A stretch of DNA of 64,000 bases from Firmicutes bacterium UBA5509 (GTDB taxonomy: Bacteria > Bacillota > Proteinivoracia > UBA4975), in contig DIOR01000006.1 in NCBI GenBank assembly GCA_002423965.1, forward strand, positions 21,165 to 85,164, written 5' to 3'. The translations under genes were made by a program, and so were the position numbers. The notes beneath the pieces were generated by a model. The model ran no database searches. It worked only from the letters and a program-made list of their open reading frames with translations, and had not been told where the DNA came from. Positions 58,712-64,000 of the stretch are shown here, in pieces (position 1 is the first letter of the stretch; every line of letters begins with the position of its first letter).

Positions 58712-60466
58712 TCACTTTTCTAGGTCAAAGTAGAAATCAATAATATCCCGGGCAACTTCGATACTCCGACTTCCCGCCCCAGCATATTCCATGAAGACAA
58801 CGATAGCTATTTCGGGATCATCGTAAGGAGCATATCCCACCCACCAAGAATGGGTATCTCGCCATCTATCCTTATTTTTGCGGTTGGAGCGATCATGTTC
58901 GGCGGAACCGGTTTTTCCAGCAACGGCAAAGGGAAGATCTTTTAAAAATTTTGAGCTAGCCGCAGACTGCTGCATTCCCTCCCGAATTACCTTTAGGCTT
59001 TCCGGGGAAAAATCTTGCTGGTCAAGAATCTGGGGTTCAAAAAAATCAACAGTTTCGCCCTGATAGTCGGTTACCTTTTCCACCAGGTAGGGTTTGTAGT
59101 GGGTGCCACCATTGGCCAGCATGGAGACATAGTTGCCCATCTGCATGGCGGTAAATTCGTTAAGCTGTCCATATGAAATCTGCACTGTATGGCCGCCAAC
59201 CCAAGTGCGACCTAAGCGGTAGTCTAGAGAACTGACCTGCTCATCCAGGGAAATGTCATCAAACCCGGCATTTTTCTGCGCCCTAGACATGCCAAACTTC
59301 TCAATATATTCGTAAATCTTTTCCGAACCTAGGCGTGACCCTACAGTGGCAAAATAAATATTACTAGAAACAGCTAGAGCCCGACGCATATCGACATTGC
59401 CGTGAACAGCATAGCCATAGTCATTGACATGCTGATTGTTGATGCGAGTTCTCCCCCCGGCATAAATCTTTTCCCTAGCAGTGATGACGCCAGTTTCAAG
59501 ACCTGCCAGGCCTGTCACCATTTTAAAGGTTGAGCCAACGGTGCGTCGGTATTGGTAAGTCCTATCTGTAAGCTTCTTGGCCCAATCTGGCATTTCCTCA
59601 GGAATATTTTCTGCCCACCAGATTTTGTCGTAACGATGATTGTTATCAAAGCTGGGCTCGGTGACCTGAGCCAGTATTTTGCCAGTATTGGGATCCATAA
59701 TCAAGACAGCCCCAGCCCAGGCATGATTAGCCTTGCCTTCATCTCGCAACCGCTGCAGCACCCGGCGCAATGATTCCTGGGCCGCCTGTTGCAATCTAGT
59801 ATCTATGGTTAAATGAAGGTTGTCCCCGGGAATTGCTGAAGTACTGTTGACAGGATCCCCCACTTGTCGGTTATCTACATTGACCTGGACAACACTAAAG
59901 CCGTCTATCCCCTGGAGATATTCATCCCAACTTCTTTCCAAGCCTTCGACGCCTCTGCGGTCAATTTTATTAACTCTGCCCAAGGGGTGTGCCAGCAAAT
60001 CTTTCTCGGGATAATAGCGCTGGGGATCAACTTGGATGACTAAGCTAGGCATAAGGTGACGGTTTTCTTCCAGCTGCAAGACTGTTTCAAAGTCAACATC
60101 GGTGGCAATTATAGCGGGCTCAAATTTACGTCGATGCTTTGATAGTTTTTCCTCAATTGCATTAGGTTCAATATCTAGAAAACCAGCCAGCTGAATTATT
60201 GTCTGTTCCCGCCTGTCTTTATTCTGCTCATCAGCCAAGGCGACAACATAGGTGGGAACACTGGAAGCAAGCTCAACACCATTGGCGCTATAAATCCTTC
60301 CCCGGGGAGCTAGTTCAACCAAGTGGCGAAAGCGATTATTATCAGCCACATTAGCCCATTCTTCTCCTTCGATGATCTGAATTTTAAATAAGTTAAAAAT
60401 GAGCACGGCTAAAATCAGGACACATACTATTTTCAGTAGCCTAATCCGCCATAATGTAGAGTTCAT
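58712..60466 (-). CDS. mrdA: Penicillin-binding protein 2
   Basis: APRGRI, SxxK (STFK), SxN (SSN), KTG. Confidence 0.92.
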   Translation of the reverse strand: MNSTLWRIRLLKIVCVLILAVLIFNLFKIQIIEGEEWANVADNNRFRHLVELAPRGRIYSANGVELASSVPTYVVALADEQNKDRREQTIIQLAGFLDIEPNAIEEKLSKHRRKFEPAIIATDVDFETVLQLEENRHLMPSLVIQVDPQRYYPEKDLLAHPLGRVNKIDRRGVEGLERSWDEYLQGIDGFSVVQVNVDNRQVGDPVNSTSAIPGDNLHLTIDTRLQQAAQESLRRVLQRLRDEGKANHAWAGAVLIMDPNTGKILAQVTEPSFDNNHRYDKIWWAENIPEEMPDWAKKLTDRTYQYRRTVGSTFKMVTGLAGLETGVITAREKIYAGGRTRINNQHVNDYGYAVHGNVDMRRALAVSSNIYFATVGSRLGSEKIYEYIEKFGMSRAQKNAGFDDISLDEQVSSLDYRLGRTWVGGHTVQISYGQLNEFTAMQMGNYVSMLANGGTHYKPYLVEKVTDYQGETVDFFEPQILDQQDFSPESLKVIREGMQQSAASSKFLKDLPFAVAGKTGSAEHDRSNRKNKDRWRDTHSWWVGYAPYDDPEIAIVVFMEYAGAGSRSIEVARDIIDFYFDLEK

Positions 60467-60966
60467 CTCTTCACCTCCAGTACTGATTCTAGCTTATCAC
60501 CCGGGTGCCGAAGTTTTAAGATAATCAAAAACAGAGCATATAGTATAAGGTTGGATAGCAAATTAATCCCCACATTAATTTGCAAAGCTGGACCTAAATT
60601 GGGGATTCCCTGTATATAAAGAATAAATGCCATGATAATGTCCTGAATCAGAGTAGCGGCTATAAGTCTTAAGCCCCCTGTCAGGATATAGGTATCGAAA
60701 ATCTCATATTTGATCTCTAAAACAAGAATCATACTGATAAAGTTTAAAAGCATAAAGAGGCCAAGAACTTCTCCCAAAAGAATATCTTGAACCAATCCTG
60801 TCCATAGAGCAGCAGTCAGCAAAAACTTGCGCTCCTTGCCCAGAGAGGCCACCACCAGGTAGACAAGAGCGGGAGAAAGTGGCAACCAAGGGAAAATAAA
60901 AGGCAATAATGTACTTTGTAGAATCATCAGACCAGTGAGCCCAAGTAATGAAAGTACATACTTCAT
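60463..60966 (-). CDS. mreD: Rod shape-determining protein MreD
   Basis: Multi-TM, GLVQDIL; synteny. Confidence 0.88.
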   Translation of the reverse strand: MKYVLSLLGLTGLMILQSTLLPFIFPWLPLSPALVYLVVASLGKERKFLLTAALWTGLVQDILLGEVLGLFMLLNFISMILVLEIKYEIFDTYILTGGLRLIAATLIQDIIMAFILYIQGIPNLGPALQINVGINLLSNLILYALFLIILKLRHPGDKLESVLEVKR

Positions 60967-60968
60967 CG

Positions 60969-61826
60969 CTAATTTCCTCCAGAAGAAGGATCATCAACGG
61001 GAGAATTATAATTAATAATAATTAACACTTCTTCCAGCCGTTCGAAATCCACCTCGGGGCGAACAAGTGCAGACCGTTCAAGGGATACAGGATCATCATA
61101 AACCTCCACAACCCGACCGATAGCAATCCCCTTAGGGTAAATGCCGGTAAGGGGCGAGGAAATAATTACGTCTCCATCTTGAATATCAGCGTATTGGTTC
61201 AGGCGAGTGATGCGAGTATAGCCGATGGGATTAGACAAGCCAATAAGCACCCCATTGTCCCGGGTGCGTTGCACAATTGCACTGATTCCGCTAGAGGAGC
61301 TAATCAACAACTGCACTTTGGAGTGAGAAGGTTCGACTTCGACAACTTTGCCCACTAGTCCCTGGTTGGTAACCACAGGCATGTCCACTTTTATGCCATG
61401 TTTCACACCCTTGTCAATTGTAAGGGTGTGGAACCAGTTTGAGGGGTTGCGTCCGATGACTTGCGCCGGTAGCACTTGGTGATCAACTGCTTCTTGAAAT
61501 TTTAATAAATTCCGCAGTCGCAGGTTTTCCTGCTGAATCTCCAGTATCCGTAAATCTGTTCCAGAGTATTTGTCTAATTCTGCCCGCAGCTCTTGATTGT
61601 CATTGTATACATTACGGACATCACCAAAAAACTGCCAAGAATCAGCCAAGAAATTAGTGACTGCACTGGCAGCCTGTTGAAAGGGACGCAAGGCTTCTGC
61701 AGCCAAATGCTCCAAAAAGAGAATGCGCTGAGGATTATTAGTACTCCAGCTCATAATAATGCTGAGGAGGAGAACCACCACAATTGCGGACAATATCTTC
61801 TTCCGAGCTTTATGCCGATTTGACAA
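60969..61826 (-). CDS. mreC: Rod shape-determining protein MreC
   Basis: ENLRLRNLL, IDKG, GLVGKV, YPKGIAIG. Confidence 0.95.
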   Translation of the reverse strand: MSNRHKARKKILSAIVVVLLLSIIMSWSTNNPQRILFLEHLAAEALRPFQQAASAVTNFLADSWQFFGDVRNVYNDNQELRAELDKYSGTDLRILEIQQENLRLRNLLKFQEAVDHQVLPAQVIGRNPSNWFHTLTIDKGVKHGIKVDMPVVTNQGLVGKVVEVEPSHSKVQLLISSSSGISAIVQRTRDNGVLIGLSNPIGYTRITRLNQYADIQDGDVIISSPLTGIYPKGIAIGRVVEVYDDPVSLERSALVRPEVDFERLEEVLIIINYNSPVDDPSSGGN

Positions 61827-61851
61827 GGGCCTCCTCCTCCAATCTTAGTCT

Positions 61852-62880
61852 TTATCGACTTAAGGAAATGCGTTTAAGCAGGTTAAGCTGGTCCAAAACC
61901 TTGCCAGTACCCATGACGACACAGTCTAATGGGTTCTCGGCAACTACCACCGGCATGCCAGTCTCCTTGCTTATCATCCTATCGAAATTATTTAGCAAGG
62001 AACCGCCGCCGGTCATGACAACACCTTTATCCATTATATCCGCCGCCAATTCCGGCGGAGTTTTTTCTAAGGTAATCTTTATGGCCTCTAAAATAGCGGT
62101 AATAGTATCCTGCATGGCCACATTTATCTCGGCAGCAGTCAACTCCAAGGTTTTTGGTAGTCCTGAAACCATGTCTCGACCCCGCACAAGCATAGTAACT
62201 TTCTCCTGTTCCGGTAAAGCTGAACCAATGCTAATTTTAATATCTTCGGCGGTGCGCTCACCAATCATTAAGTTATACTTGCGCTTGATATAGTGGATAA
62301 TACTTTCATCCATGTCATCACCGCCAACCCTTATTGAACGGTGAGTAACAATACCACCCAGGGAGATGATTGCTGCGTCGGTAGTACCACCCCCCACATC
62401 CACAACCATACTGCCACAGGGCTCGGACACGGGTAAGCCTGCGCCGATGGCAGCCGCCATGGGCTCTTCAATGAGATGGACTTCCCTAGCTCCGGCTTGA
62501 ACCGATGCCTGCTTTACAGCCCGTTCTTCCACTGCTGTGACCCCGGAAGGTACGCATACTACTACGCGAGGTTTGCGCCTAAACCAGCTACGGCGATAAG
62601 CCTGAGTGATGAAGTGGCGGAGCATCTCCAGGGTAATGTCAAAATCGGCAATAACACCGTCCTTCATAGGTCTAATTGCCACAATGTTACCAGGGGTGCG
62701 GCCAATCATTTCCTTGGCCTCAGCTCCCACTGCCAGTACGATATCCTTGTCTCTGTTTTTCTGAATAGCGACTACCGATGGTTCTCTAAGAACAACGCCT
62801 TTTCCCTTTACATAGACGTAAGTATTCGCGGTTCCTAAATCAATGCCGATATCCTGGGTAAAAAGGTTAAGCATTCCCAA
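61852..62880 (-). CDS. mreB: Rod shape-determining protein MreB
   Basis: [26 protein letters not shown]. Confidence 0.98.
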   Translation of the reverse strand: MGMLNLFTQDIGIDLGTANTYVYVKGKGVVLREPSVVAIQKNRDKDIVLAVGAEAKEMIGRTPGNIVAIRPMKDGVIADFDITLEMLRHFITQAYRRSWFRRKPRVVVCVPSGVTAVEERAVKQASVQAGAREVHLIEEPMAAAIGAGLPVSEPCGSMVVDVGGGTTDAAIISLGGIVTHRSIRVGGDDMDESIIHYIKRKYNLMIGERTAEDIKISIGSALPEQEKVTMLVRGRDMVSGLPKTLELTAAEINVAMQDTITAILEAIKITLEKTPPELAADIMDKGVVMTGGGSLLNNFDRMISKETGMPVVVAENPLDCVVMGTGKVLDQLNLLKRISLSR

Positions 62881-62950
62881 ATTCTGAAACTCCTTTCATG
62901 TCAAGACTGCATATCTTACTGAATTCTTTTTAGTTTGCCCTAGCTGAGCA

Positions 62951-63631
62951 TTATACATAGCCTTTTTCTTTAAGACTGGAAAAAACTCCATCACCGATGA
63001 CAAGATGATCTAAAACTTCAATGCCGACTAAGTGCCCGACCTCAACTAAGCGCCGAGTAATATTTATATCCTCCTGGCTAGGGGAGGGATCACCGCTGGG
63101 ATGGTTGTGGACTAGGATAATGGCGGCGGCGCTGCGTTTAATCGCCCGGGCAAATACTTCTCGAGGATGAACGATAGAAGAGTTAAGACTGCCCCTGGAA
63201 ATCTCTTCGCAAGAAATGATAATGTTCTTGGTGTTCAACAACAAAATCCGGAACTGTTCATGCTGCAGGTAGCGCAAATCCTCCATCACCCAGGCAGCAA
63301 CATCTTGCGGGGATTTGATGCGCACCACCTCAGAATCCTGCTGATTCAGGCGCCGGCCTAGTTCCAAGGCTGCTTTAATTTGGGCGGCCTTGACCTTGCC
63401 TACCCCGCGAGCTGCCTGACATAGTTCTTCAATGCCTGCATTATTAATGCCTCTTAGGTCCTTAAATTGGAACAATATTGATTCCGCCAATTGGATTGCA
63501 TTGGCGTCCCTGGAGCCGGTACGAATAATAATTGCCAAAAGCTCCTGTGCTGATAAAATTCCTGGACCATAACGGAGCAGCTTTTCCCGGGGACGCATAT
63601 CTGCAGGTATATCCTTAATGGTATACCGCAC
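62951..63631 (-). CDS. radC: RadC (JAB domain) protein
   Basis: RPREKL, VHPREVF, HNHPSGD. Confidence 0.95.
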   Translation of the reverse strand: MRYTIKDIPADMRPREKLLRYGPGILSAQELLAIIIRTGSRDANAIQLAESILFQFKDLRGINNAGIEELCQAARGVGKVKAAQIKAALELGRRLNQQDSEVVRIKSPQDVAAWVMEDLRYLQHEQFRILLLNTKNIIISCEEISRGSLNSSIVHPREVFARAIKRSAAAIILVHNHPSGDPSPSQEDINITRRLVEVGHLVGIEVLDHLVIGDGVFSSLKEKGYV

Positions 63632-63647
63632 AAGAATACCCCCTTTA

Positions 63648-64000
63648 CTACTTAGCCGCAAACAACCTGGCCACTGCAACTAAAGGTAAACCAACTACAT
63701 TATAATAACAGCCGTCGATACCGGCAATAAACTTCCCGGCAAGGCCTTGAATGCCATACCCTCCGGCTTTATCCAATCCTTCACCACTGCGAACATATTC
63801 TTCAATATCCTGGTCACTTAAATGTGCAAACAGCACTTTTGTAGTCACCACATCTTCAGCAACGACCACACCCTTTTCCCATAGAGAAATAGCAGTAATA
63901 ACAGCATGCCACTTCCCTGATAATTTCCGCAACATGGCGATATTGTCCGCCGGTGTAGCGGGCTTTCCATAAATCCTTGCCCCCAGGCAGACCACTGTAT
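63648..64000 (-). CDS. maf: Maf nucleoside triphosphate pyrophosphatase (3' part only; starts beyond the window)
   Basis: GKP, LSGKWH, DKAGGYGIQG, YNVVGLP. Confidence 0.93.
   Translation of the reverse strand, partial: TVVCLGARIYGKPATPADNIAMLRKLSGKWHAVITAISLWEKGVVVAEDVVTTKVLFAHLSDQDIEEYVRSGEGLDKAGGYGIQGLAGKFIAGIDGCYYNVVGLPLVAVARLFAAK

Noticed and set aside
61784..62293. Long antisense ORFs (this 169-aa one, also 13396-13920 and 29922-30386)
   Set aside because: Shadows of conserved minus-strand genes with no RBS or recognisable motifs

Overview
Mostly conserved core chromosome of an endospore-forming, rod-shaped Bacillota (clostridia-like) organism, with almost every gene on the minus strand. 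In reading order (right to left): maf-radC-mreBCD-pbp2-rodA-spoIVFB-radical SAM pair; rplU-prp-rpmA-obg-nadD-LCP-rsfS; comEA/pyrR/comEC/holA; rpsT; gpr-spoIIP; the CIRCE-controlled hrcA-grpE-dnaK-dnaJ-prmA-rsmE-mtaB operon; hit-rpsU-nfeD-floA-yqfCD-phoH-pgpH-ybeY-dgkA-cdd-era-recO; cmk-ispH/rpsA-fni; a YIEGIA/DUF3189 cluster; der-gpsA-spoIVA; and tRNA-Pro(GGG). The only clearly accessory block is an AT-richer five-gene operon (402-5040) between spoIVA and the tRNA. It encodes a small secreted protein with a Ser/Thr-rich amphipathic beta-hairpin, a lipoprotein, an adaptor protein and a MacB/LolD-type ABC transporter, and is my best candidate for an undescribed system. Other leads: a ~105-nt structured sRNA candidate upstream of rplU, a degenerate orphan GlyS-beta with no glyQ, an LCP lacking its catalytic residues, an apparent ATC start codon for era, and pyrR coupled to comEC. 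No CRISPR array, integrase, transposase or rRNA was seen. All calls come from reading the sequence by eye; no searches or folding programs were run.
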